Below are positions 17,866-26,566 of a stretch of DNA of 43,487 bases, in pieces. The translations under genes and the position numbers were made by a program. Below the pieces are notes generated by a model. It worked only from the letters and a program-made list of their open reading frames with translations. It did not search any database and was not told the DNA's origin. The DNA is from a virus, in IMG/VR virus record IMGVR_UViG_3300045988_009884; one strand, given 5' to 3'. Positions within the stretch are counted from its first letter, which is position 1, and each line of letters begins with the position of its first letter.

Positions 17866-19125
17866 ATGGCGCAACTAAGAATATACAACGATATTGACTG
17901 CCAGGACAATAAATTCTGGTATCAATGGTTCGGTGGCGATTGTGTCTGCTTTCAAGACATCGACACGTTTGCGAAATCCATCCCGGAGAATGATGATACA
18001 ATTGACATGCGTATCTTCTGTAACGGTGGTTCGGTGATTGAAGGCTGGGCAATCTACGACCGATTGAGACAGAGCGGAAAGAAAATCTCCTGCATCATCG
18101 AGGGCAAGGCTGCATCCATGGCAACAATCATCATGCTCGCAGCACCGAAGGAGAACCGCAAGGCGTATGAGAACGCATCATTGCTCCTGCACAATCCTTG
18201 GATACCTTGCTGGGCACTTGAAGAGCAAGTCACGGCAAAGGATTTGGAGAATCATGCGGAAGAAATGCGTATGTGGCAGAATAAGATGGTAGATGCTTAC
18301 GTGGAGCGATGCGGATGCGACCGGGAAGAGGTACAGGCATTGATGGATAAGGATATATTCATCGATACGAAAGAAGCAATCCGTCTCGGCTTAATCTCTT
18401 CTACAGTTCCGGCTATCAGTGCAAGCGCAGGAAAGTCAGTTTCAAGTTTTATTAATAATTCATCAAAAAAACAAAATCCAATGGCAAAAGAACAGAAAAA
18501 AGAAATCAAGGCTTCTTTGCTCGACAAGATTCTTGCTCATTTCGGTGTCAAGTCTCTTGACGAGGTAGAACAGAAGGTGGACGAGCCACAGTCTGAGAAG
18601 AAGGATGATGATGTTGTCGCAATGGAACTCAACACATCGGACGGTCAAGTTCTGACCGTAGAGCGTGAAGAGGGCGACCCGCAAGTCGGTGACAAGGCGA
18701 GCCCGGACGGTACATTTGAGATGCCGGACGGTAAGACAATTGTTGTCGAGGATGGTGTTATCACGGACATCAAGTCTGGCGATGGCAACGAAAACAACGA
18801 CAACGATGAAGGCGGTGAAGGCGAAGGCGGTGACGATACCGTTGCCAAGTTGAAGAAACAAGTTGCCGCTCTCCAGACTGAGCTCGAAGGAGTGAAGGCA
18901 GAATTGAGCAAGGCGCAGTCTATGGCTAAGACCAAGGATGATATGCGCATCCTCAATGCGGTGAAGATGGCAGGCGGTGAAAAGATGCTTGCTAAGTTTG
19001 CAAGCAGCTATGTTCCGCAGCAGCGTCAGCTATCCGGCAAGCAGGCTGGTGAGCAGGCTTCCATGAAGGAAGACAAAAAAGATGCCGTTATCGCTAAGTT
19101 GAAAAAGCTCAACGGCAAGAAGTAG
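17866..19125 (+). CDS. ClpP/S49-type prohead protease fused to an acidic coiled-coil scaffold domain
   Basis: IFCNGGSVIEGWAIYDRL...IEGKAASMATIIMLAA matches the ClpP-family serine protease core. The C-terminal half is acidic and coiled-coil. Sits directly upstream of the capsid gene. Confidence 0.75.
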   Translation: MAQLRIYNDIDCQDNKFWYQWFGGDCVCFQDIDTFAKSIPENDDTIDMRIFCNGGSVIEGWAIYDRLRQSGKKISCIIEGKAASMATIIMLAAPKENRKAYENASLLLHNPWIPCWALEEQVTAKDLENHAEEMRMWQNKMVDAYVERCGCDREEVQALMDKDIFIDTKEAIRLGLISSTVPAISASAGKSVSSFINNSSKKQNPMAKEQKKEIKASLLDKILAHFGVKSLDEVEQKVDEPQSEKKDDDVVAMELNTSDGQVLTVEREEGDPQVGDKASPDGTFEMPDGKTIVVEDGVITDIKSGDGNENNDNDEGGEGEGGDDTVAKLKKQVAALQTELEGVKAELSKAQSMAKTKDDMRILNAVKMAGGEKMLAKFASSYVPQQRQLSGKQAGEQASMKEDKKDAVIAKLKKLNGKK

Positions 19126-19158
19126 TTTTTAATCATTAATTGTTTTTAATATTTATCT

Positions 19159-20223
19159 ATGAGTGGATTTACTAAAAAGCAGGTCGAGAATCTGGTTCTT
19201 GAACCTGCAAACCTTGCGAGTATCAAGGATGCGATTCAGGAGACATTCTACAAGGATGAAGACTTCTCTCGCTTCGTGAACATTCAGAAGGTCAAGGAAA
19301 AAGACCCTATCGCTCTTCTCGGTGAGATGGAGATGGTAGGTAAGAAGGGCGGTGGTTGCGACCCTGTCTATGAAGAGAAGGGTATTGCCAACTCTCAGAA
19401 CCGCTGGGAACTTGGCAATTGGGAGATTCCTATCAAGGTATGTTATGAAGCCTTGAAGGGAACAATCGCTGAGTATTCATTGAAGACTGGTACCGATATC
19501 GGAGACCTTGAAGATACCGACTTCCTCGCTATCTATGCGGATGCGCTCAAGCGTGCAATCCTTCAGATGATTTGGCGTTTCGGCTGGTTCGGTGACACAG
19601 AAGCGAAACTGGTTGCCGATGGCGGTAAACTGACTGCTGGCTCTAACGTAGACGCATTCAACGTCTGTGACGGTCTCTTCAAGCGCATCTTCGCTGCAAC
19701 CGCAGAAAAGAACCATACCACCATCGCAGCCAACAGCGAGGCTACAACAGCAGCACAGATTGCAGCTATCCGTACCAAGGGCGCAGCTACAACTCTGGTC
19801 GATACCATGCTGATGGACGTTGACAGCCGTATCATTGATGACCCAGGCGCAGTTCTCCTCATGACCAGAGGTCTTGCGGATGCTCTCGCTTATGACATTA
19901 AGAAGACCTACAGCGATATTCTTCCATTCGAGAAGGTGTTCGATGGTTTCGATGTGGCGAACTACAACGGTGTTACCATCGCGCGTGTTGGCATCTGGGA
20001 CCGCATGATTAAAGCCTACGAGAAGGGAACGGCAGCAATCAACCTTCCTTATCGTGCAGTTTTCTGCAATCCAAAACACCTTATGGTTGGTACTGATGCA
20101 GACAATCTCATCAGCGACATCGACATCTGGTTTGAAAGAAAGGAGCGCAGAAACTATATGTACGTTACCGGAAAGATTGGTACTGCATTGCTCGAATCAG
20201 ACATGATTCACGCAGCATATTAA
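19159..20223 (+). CDS. Major capsid protein (putative)
   Basis: 354-aa ORF immediately after the protease/scaffold gene, followed by a strong hairpin. Confidence 0.7.
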   Translation: MSGFTKKQVENLVLEPANLASIKDAIQETFYKDEDFSRFVNIQKVKEKDPIALLGEMEMVGKKGGGCDPVYEEKGIANSQNRWELGNWEIPIKVCYEALKGTIAEYSLKTGTDIGDLEDTDFLAIYADALKRAILQMIWRFGWFGDTEAKLVADGGKLTAGSNVDAFNVCDGLFKRIFAATAEKNHTTIAANSEATTAAQIAAIRTKGAATTLVDTMLMDVDSRIIDDPGAVLLMTRGLADALAYDIKKTYSDILPFEKVFDGFDVANYNGVTIARVGIWDRMIKAYEKGTAAINLPYRAVFCNPKHLMVGTDADNLISDIDIWFERKERRNYMYVTGKIGTALLESDMIHAAY

Positions 20224-20324
20224 TCGCTTTAACATCTTCAATTTATCAATTAGTATTAAGTCAGTTATCCTCGCTCTCCGAAAAGGTGGCGGGGATATAA
20301 ACTAACAACAAAAAAGCAAAAATT

Positions 20325-20918
20325 ATGACTGGAACATGTGAGAAACTTATCTCGCAGGATATCAATATTGCCTGTGATGATATGGTCGTAAAAGGCTTGG
20401 AGAGCGATGGCATCATCATCAATCGTGAGGATATCGACTTCTCTAAGTGCGTGATTGCCGACAATGTAATCAAGACACTCGTTCTTAAGGCTGGCAAGAA
20501 GGGTTATCAGATCAAGCAGGATGGCAGCAAGCCTTTCTCCGGAACCAAGACCGAATTGAACGTTGGCACATACCGCAGCAGTTGGAACAATATCGTAGTG
20601 GTGGTTGTGCTCGCCAATACTCCAGAGGTTGCTGCAAATATCATTGATGGTCTTGCTAGCGGCAAGTTCGTTATTATCCTTCGTAACCTTTCAAAGGGTA
20701 CTGACGGCAAGGCAGAGTATCAAGTGTTCGGCTGGGCGCAGGCATTGAAGGCAAGTGCAGGCGAGAATGACAAGTATTCTGATGATACCGAGGGCGGCTG
20801 GCTCATTACCCTTGAAGAGACTGGTGCTCCAAGAGCAGCATACTTCTTCTTCGATACTGATGCGGCAACCACGGAAGCCAAGTATAAGAGCCTTCTGACC
20901 GAAGCCGTAGCAGCGTAG
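20325..20918 (+). CDS. Virion structural protein (possibly tail tube or decoration)
   Basis: 197-aa ORF in the structural block. Function not resolved. Confidence 0.5.
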   Translation: MTGTCEKLISQDINIACDDMVVKGLESDGIIINREDIDFSKCVIADNVIKTLVLKAGKKGYQIKQDGSKPFSGTKTELNVGTYRSSWNNIVVVVVLANTPEVAANIIDGLASGKFVIILRNLSKGTDGKAEYQVFGWAQALKASAGENDKYSDDTEGGWLITLEETGAPRAAYFFFDTDAATTEAKYKSLLTEAVAA

Positions 20919-20921
20919 CCT

Positions 20922-21422
20922 ATGACATACAAGGAAGCAGTCGCTATTGTGGAAGACCTACGGAGTAGGTTCGATTCTCCTTTCGGAGCTTCCGACAAGG
21001 CTACAATCGAAAAACTCTACTTCATGATAGTTCGCAAGCAGTTCGTACCAACGACATGCCAGCAATGCTACCATGATGCGCTAATTGAGATTTATTTAAT
21101 TCTTAAAAATTCAAAAGCTATGCCAGAACAATGTAATTATAGAATGAAGGCCGGATTCATCATTTCGTGCCCGGATTTCCATGGTGGCAAAATCTTCACC
21201 AACGAGAACCTTACCGATGAGGTCGCTGCAGAATACCTTGAGAAGTTTCCAGGGATGCAGGACTACTTCCAAAAGGTGCCGAAAGAGAAGGCCGAGAAGC
21301 CATCCGAGAAGAAGGAAAAAGCCGTAAAGAGTGATAAGAAGCCTGCTGCAAAGAAGGCCGAGAAGCCATCCGAGAAGAAGGATGAGGGCAGCAATGATGC
21401 TTCATCCGGTAACAACGAGTAA
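20922..21422 (+). CDS. Hypothetical protein with a Lys-rich C-terminal tail containing a 31-bp perfect direct repeat
   Basis: 166-aa ORF. KAEKPSEKK occurs twice, encoded at 21286..21316 and 21352..21382. Confidence 0.55.
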   Translation: MTYKEAVAIVEDLRSRFDSPFGASDKATIEKLYFMIVRKQFVPTTCQQCYHDALIEIYLILKNSKAMPEQCNYRMKAGFIISCPDFHGGKIFTNENLTDEVAAEYLEKFPGMQDYFQKVPKEKAEKPSEKKEKAVKSDKKPAAKKAEKPSEKKDEGSNDASSGNNE

Positions 21423-21433
21423 ACCATTAAGCA

Positions 21434-22615
21434 ATGAACGTTAAGACAGTAAAGAAGCCAGCGAGACGTGTAGATACGAGCTATATATCTCGCTTCAAGA
21501 TGCAAGCCTACGGATATAATAATCTCTATCCGCAGAACATTGCGCAGATTACAGAAGCAAGCGGTACTGCTATGCTATGTATTGACCGATATGCTCGTTT
21601 CATCGAAGGGTACGGCTTCGACAACGATATTGTCGCAGACTATATCCTTAACCATGAAGGAGATACGACAGACGATATTCTTAAGAATGTTGCTGCCGAC
21701 TTGGCAAAGTTCGGTGGTTTCGCCCTTCACGTCAATTATAACGTTCTATGCCAAGTGTCAGACGTGCATCATGTACCCTTCGAGAACTGCCGACTTGAAG
21801 AGCCGGACGACAAGGGGTACGTGGCGCATGTTCTCGTTCATCAAGACTGGACGCAGCGTAAGACAAGAAACGGCAAGAAGTTGAGAGTGACCGAGGAGAA
21901 TATCGAGAGGTTCGACATCTTCAATTCTGACCCGGATATCGTGAGCCAACAGATAGATAATGCTGGCGGTATCGATACGTACAAAGGTCAGATCATGTGG
22001 TGCAGCTTGGATGGTAAGTTCGTGTATCCGAAGGCTCGGTATGATTCCGCAATCACGGAAATCTCAACAGATGAAGGTCTGGGCAACGTCAAGGCAAGGA
22101 ACGTCCGTAACAACTTCCTCGTCTCCTGTATGCTCATCAGTAAGAAGGGTGTGCCAAAGACGGACCCGGAGACTGGCGATGAGATTGATAGCGGTCAGAT
22201 GATAAGCGATGAAGACCTTCAGCAATTCCAGGGGGATGAAAACTCATTGAAGATTCTCGCCATCGAACTGGAGAACGATGAGGACGAACCGAAGGTCGTT
22301 GCTTTCCCAACTAAGAACTTCGACAAGGAGTTCAGTGTGACGGATGCAAGCGTCATTGAACGCATTTACGCCCAATTCCACCAAGAATTGTTCTATGCCA
22401 TCCGTATCGGCAAACTCGGCTTTAGCGGTCAAGTGATGCAGGATGCGTATGAATACTATGCCGGAGAAGTGACCGTTGAGCAGAGATTCATTGAGAGAGC
22501 CTTCAAGAAGGTGTTCTCTGCTTATGTAGACCCTGCTCTGCAAACGTTAGACTTGACCTTGCAACCATTGAAGTATATCAGCAGCGAGGTCGCAGGAAAC
22601 AATACAATTGATTAA
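21434..22615 (+). CDS. Portal protein (putative)
   Basis: 393 aa. The N-terminal region (TAMLCIDRYARFIEGYGF) resembles HK97-family portal motifs from memory. The position is atypical (after the capsid gene). Confidence 0.45.
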   Translation: MNVKTVKKPARRVDTSYISRFKMQAYGYNNLYPQNIAQITEASGTAMLCIDRYARFIEGYGFDNDIVADYILNHEGDTTDDILKNVAADLAKFGGFALHVNYNVLCQVSDVHHVPFENCRLEEPDDKGYVAHVLVHQDWTQRKTRNGKKLRVTEENIERFDIFNSDPDIVSQQIDNAGGIDTYKGQIMWCSLDGKFVYPKARYDSAITEISTDEGLGNVKARNVRNNFLVSCMLISKKGVPKTDPETGDEIDSGQMISDEDLQQFQGDENSLKILAIELENDEDEPKVVAFPTKNFDKEFSVTDASVIERIYAQFHQELFYAIRIGKLGFSGQVMQDAYEYYAGEVTVEQRFIERAFKKVFSAYVDPALQTLDLTLQPLKYISSEVAGNNTID

Positions 22616-22619
22616 GACC

Positions 22620-23180
22620 ATGGCAGAAGAAAGAACACCATTATTGACGGTTGAGCAGTTCAAACAGCTAGCTCGACCTACTGGCAACCATATTGACGAG
22701 GAAGAGGTTAAGGTATTCATACGTGAATGCGAAGACAGCTTCATTATCCCGGCTATCGGTTATGAGAGGTTCAAGGCTTCCATCGGTCAAGGTGATTTCG
22801 GGGATTCCGTTCTTCCGGGATTCAATACAGATACCTTCATTGACGGTGGCGAATACTCTGTTGATGGCAAGGATTCGAGCGGAAAGGATATCAAGGTCTT
22901 GAAGTATACGAGTGGAATACGTAAATCGCTTGCATATTTCGTGTATGCAAAGATATTGCGCTCGGATGGTACAATTGTCAGCCGGAGCGGTGCAATGCGT
23001 CACAGAGACGATTATTCAGACCATGTGGACGATTCATCGCTTAAGCAGTATAATGACATCATGGGGATGGCAGAGAGTTACTTATCAGATGCCCTTCTGT
23101 ATCTTAAGGCGACAACGAAGGCTGGTGAGGTCAAGCCGCATCGAAGCACAAGGGCAAGGATTCATGCAATCGGAGATTAA
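22620..23180 (+). CDS. Hypothetical head-tail connector-like protein
   Basis: ATG 22620 lies just after the upstream stop. 186 aa. Confidence 0.5.
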   Translation: MAEERTPLLTVEQFKQLARPTGNHIDEEEVKVFIRECEDSFIIPAIGYERFKASIGQGDFGDSVLPGFNTDTFIDGGEYSVDGKDSSGKDIKVLKYTSGIRKSLAYFVYAKILRSDGTIVSRSGAMRHRDDYSDHVDDSSLKQYNDIMGMAESYLSDALLYLKATTKAGEVKPHRSTRARIHAIGD

Positions 23181-23183
23181 CTT

Positions 23184-23870
23184 ATGGTTGAAGTATCAGA
23201 CATTTTGACTCGCTCGAAAAGAGTGAGAGATGAGACGCAAGTCGGTGGGAATACAGCCAGCAGAGTTGGTGGTATTCTTGTCGACTTGTGTCAGTTGGTG
23301 AAGACTGGCGGTGTCGAGGTTCCATCCAGAGATACGAGATTCCGGGGTGAGTGGTCCGAGATAGTTGCGAATAGTGACAATCCATACGTATGCGATGAGA
23401 CTACAATCGATAGCGTATATTTTTACGGCTGCAAGTACTTCTGTAAGAAGGACATGACTAAACTGCCGCCTACGTATCCGTTCACGGACTGGGGATTTCT
23501 TGAAGGCAATCCGTATTTTTATCTGCAAATGACTTCCTCGAAGTACTGGAACTTCCGCATCAGTCAACTGTTGAAGGTAGACAAGGACGGAAACTTCCTT
23601 CCGTTCACTACTCTTGAAGTGACCGGGTTGCTGTATAATCAGGACGTGACCGGATTCATGTACAACGTTGTATGGACGAGAGATACAGGACGTCCGGATC
23701 AAGATTACGCTTGGAACAATACGCACAAGAATGCAGGAACGTCTCTTCCTCTTACCTACGATGATATCGGTGGCAAGGATTACAAGGCCGGAACTACGAC
23801 ATTTAAGTGTACTGCGCAGATTGATGCCGGAAAGACAATATTCACAGAAGAGCAAGAAATCAAAATATAG
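23184..23870 (+). CDS. Hypothetical structural protein
   Basis: 228-aa ORF, tightly packed. Confidence 0.55.
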   Translation: MVEVSDILTRSKRVRDETQVGGNTASRVGGILVDLCQLVKTGGVEVPSRDTRFRGEWSEIVANSDNPYVCDETTIDSVYFYGCKYFCKKDMTKLPPTYPFTDWGFLEGNPYFYLQMTSSKYWNFRISQLLKVDKDGNFLPFTTLEVTGLLYNQDVTGFMYNVVWTRDTGRPDQDYAWNNTHKNAGTSLPLTYDDIGGKDYKAGTTTFKCTAQIDAGKTIFTEEQEIKI

Positions 23871-23875
23871 ATAAT

Positions 23876-25105
23876 ATGAAAGAATTAGGAAAAAGCAATC
23901 CGAAAGAACTATCGATAGAAACAACTGCCTATTCGCAGAGCGTATCTATTGAGAACATCGGAGCAATCACGAACAGACAGACGTATGATGCTGCTAGCAA
24001 GACCTATGAGCCAGACTTCTCGCAGCGTCCATGCCAGCTATTCCCTAAGTGCTTCCTCATTGACCCGGACAATCCGGTACAGACGGAAGTCTTCAACAAG
24101 CAGCTCGATTCATTCAAGTGGTTCGAGGTTACATCGGAAGGGGAGACGCTTATCTATCCGAGTGCAGATGCAAGCGGAATCAAGGCTGGCTACGAGGTAG
24201 AGAAGGATGGCGAGTATAAGGGTATGCTCTACGTCAAGTCGAATGGTAAGGTAGGCAATCGCAGAACCGTCAAGTTCATCGCTACATGGACAGACCCATT
24301 GAGCGGGTACATCTACAAGTTCCAGGCAGCAAAGCCTATTACGGTTGAGGATATTACGGAAGCAAGGGCGACCCTGTCTCTTGATGCGCCAGCCGCCATC
24401 CGGTGGAACCCGATGCGCATGCCTGCAGAGCAGAACATCAACGCAAAGGTATTTGTTGGTAACAGCGACATGACCGATAGTGATAAGGTCAAGTTGTGGT
24501 GGCTGCGAATTCTCAGCGATGGAACAAAGGAGCTGATTACGGCAGACGATGAGACTACGAGCTGGGAGATTGATACCATCACGGCATCTAAGAGCGGACA
24601 GATCACGGGAATATCAATCAATCGTGAGATGATAGGAGATTCCATATCTTACGAGGTTCATGCGGTGTACAATGCAGATGGAGTATTTCCGAAGTCTTAC
24701 TCTAAGACAGACGCAATCGAGACTACTACCATCGCAAGATATATTCCGAGCCTTGATATTACATATTCCGGCTCTACAACATCAATCGTCAATGGTGTCT
24801 TGTCTATTCTCTGTACTGCATTCGTTTCGGATGGTGCCGGAACACTCGATGCGTCCGTCTGGAATGAATACGCAAGGGCTCGTTGGGCTTTCGTCAATTA
24901 CTCCATCGATGGAGACGGAAACAGAACTGAATCCGAGAAGCTCATCGGCTACGGAACGGAAATGTGGGTTCCGGTAGAGCAGAGTAAGTTCCTTCGAGTG
25001 GCGTTGGAAGACCGAGGAAACTACGTTGTTCTCGTTGACGACAAGGGCAAGGTTCTCGAAGATGAAGCCGGAAACAAGTTGATAGAACGTGAATTGATTA
25101 ATTAA
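23876..25105 (+). CDS. Hypothetical structural protein (409 aa)
   Basis: Long ORF in the tail-distal block. Confidence 0.6.
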   Translation: MKELGKSNPKELSIETTAYSQSVSIENIGAITNRQTYDAASKTYEPDFSQRPCQLFPKCFLIDPDNPVQTEVFNKQLDSFKWFEVTSEGETLIYPSADASGIKAGYEVEKDGEYKGMLYVKSNGKVGNRRTVKFIATWTDPLSGYIYKFQAAKPITVEDITEARATLSLDAPAAIRWNPMRMPAEQNINAKVFVGNSDMTDSDKVKLWWLRILSDGTKELITADDETTSWEIDTITASKSGQITGISINREMIGDSISYEVHAVYNADGVFPKSYSKTDAIETTTIARYIPSLDITYSGSTTSIVNGVLSILCTAFVSDGAGTLDASVWNEYARARWAFVNYSIDGDGNRTESEKLIGYGTEMWVPVEQSKFLRVALEDRGNYVVLVDDKGKVLEDEAGNKLIERELIN

Positions 25106-25112
25106 TAATATT

Positions 25113-25529
25113 ATGGGATATTACATCAAGGTAACTAAACAGGTGGCTTCTCGCATCCTATCCGATGGAGTGAAGCCAACGAAGACTGCTGACGGAAACT
25201 GCATCGTGTGGCAGTCTGAATTGAACGGAGTTGAGGGTGTCAATCTCTCTGAGAGAGCGGCAACTGTTGGCGGTGTCCTTCTTACTGCCAAACAGGCAAA
25301 ACTGGAGATTGCCGGAGTAGAGCATCCTTCCGAGTGCTATACGCCAGCCGCCTATGGTGGCGAGGATAAGATAAGTGATACCGGGCAGGAGACTGCTGAG
25401 TATACACAGACGGTCAAGGACCCGGAAGTTATCGGTGCATCATCAGCCGATGAAAAAGAAGTCAAATCAAGTAAAAATAAAAGCAATGGGCAAAGGAACA
25501 GTAACCGGTCAAGTGACCGTGATATCTGA
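25113..25529 (+). CDS. Hypothetical protein (138 aa)
   Basis: The ORF's C-terminal tail overlaps the next gene by about 80 nt. Confidence 0.45.
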   Translation: MGYYIKVTKQVASRILSDGVKPTKTADGNCIVWQSELNGVEGVNLSERAATVGGVLLTAKQAKLEIAGVEHPSECYTPAAYGGEDKISDTGQETAEYTQTVKDPEVIGASSADEKEVKSSKNKSNGQRNSNRSSDRDI

Positions 25530-26556
25530 CGGTACAACGTTCTTCCCGATTCTACAATGTACTATCGGAGACTTGTATCAGTCTTACAAGGGAGACCCAG
25601 CATCGCCTACGAATGTGTCTCCTAATTTTGAGACTATCGAGAGTAAGCCGTTGATTGTTTTCCAGGCATTCTCTGCGCAGGAAGCGACAGGTTCAACATA
25701 TAATCTCGCCAACGCAACTGCGAAATGGTACGTTGATAATACTCTTATTTCCTTCAATGAGGATGGCGTATCAACAACAGCCTTCAATGGAGTGAGCGGA
25801 CATTTCACGAAGTCTACGACTGACGGAAATCCATCCCTTAAGGTCAACAAGAACCTTGTCAACATCAATGCCGGAAACTCATTTACGATTAAATGCGTGA
25901 CAACGATATCTGTTGACAATACATCTGTTGACTTGACTGCCGTCATCCCTGCAACAGTTGTGCTCGGAACGGAAAATACAAAGAAGGTTACAATTGTAGC
26001 AACAAGCACAAAAAATCTCTTCACTATTACTGAGAAGGGCGGTTCATGTACGGTTGCTGCAATGGTTATTTCGGGCGATGTTGTATCAACTGATACCTAT
26101 ACGTATAAATGGTACTACAACGCTGACGATGGCGGCTGGACGCTCAAGAAGAGCGGAGCAGAGAAACAGTTTACAATCAATGAAGCAGACGTAAATTCGT
26201 CTCTCCTCATCAAACTGGAAGTATACAAGGGAAGCGAGTTGTACGGCATGGATACGCAGAGCATCAATGACGTTTCAGACCCTTACATCTTATTTCCTAA
26301 CTGCTGCAAGGAAGGTACGAATGAACTGCGTGCAGAAGCGGTGAGACGCAAGGAGACTGGCAATCTTGTCTACAAGCCGCAATTGTACAGACGTGGCAGC
26401 TCAACACCGGAAACCGGATACAAGTTCAACATGTTCTGGTATGATTACGCTGGCATCAAGGTTCTCTCCTACGAGAATGCTGCCGAATTCACGGTTCCGA
26501 TAAAGACCATCACGGAGCACAACGGCTTAATCTACGTGTTGCAGACAACAATATAA
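25450..26556 (+). CDS. Hypothetical structural protein
   Basis: The track ORF 25375..26556 has in-frame ATGs at 25450 and 25486. The exact start is uncertain. Confidence 0.55.
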   Translation: MKKKSNQVKIKAMGKGTVTGQVTVISDGTTFFPILQCTIGDLYQSYKGDPASPTNVSPNFETIESKPLIVFQAFSAQEATGSTYNLANATAKWYVDNTLISFNEDGVSTTAFNGVSGHFTKSTTDGNPSLKVNKNLVNINAGNSFTIKCVTTISVDNTSVDLTAVIPATVVLGTENTKKVTIVATSTKNLFTITEKGGSCTVAAMVISGDVVSTDTYTYKWYYNADDGGWTLKKSGAEKQFTINEADVNSSLLIKLEVYKGSELYGMDTQSINDVSDPYILFPNCCKEGTNELRAEAVRRKETGNLVYKPQLYRRGSSTPETGYKFNMFWYDYAGIKVLSYENAAEFTVPIKTITEHNGLIYVLQTTI

Positions 26557-26566
26557 TATCGCGCTT

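Noticed and set aside
20962-20980. tRNA-like GGTTCGATTC T-loop motif
   Set aside because: No acceptor, D or anticodon arms can be drawn around it, and it lies inside CDS 20922..21422. No tRNA was found anywhere in the window.
23196-23924. 242-aa minus-strand ORF in the structural module
   Set aside because: It is antisense to the tightly packed + strand genes 23184..23870 and 23876... There is no promoter or partner on the minus strand, so it is a shadow ORF.
25450-25529. 80-nt overlap of 25113..25529 and the next ORF as a G/GT-type programmed frameshift
   Set aside because: The required shift would be +1 rather than the canonical -1. I found no convincing slippery heptamer, and the pair is not upstream of the tape-measure-like gene. 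A simple overlap or a later start (ATG 25486) is more likely.
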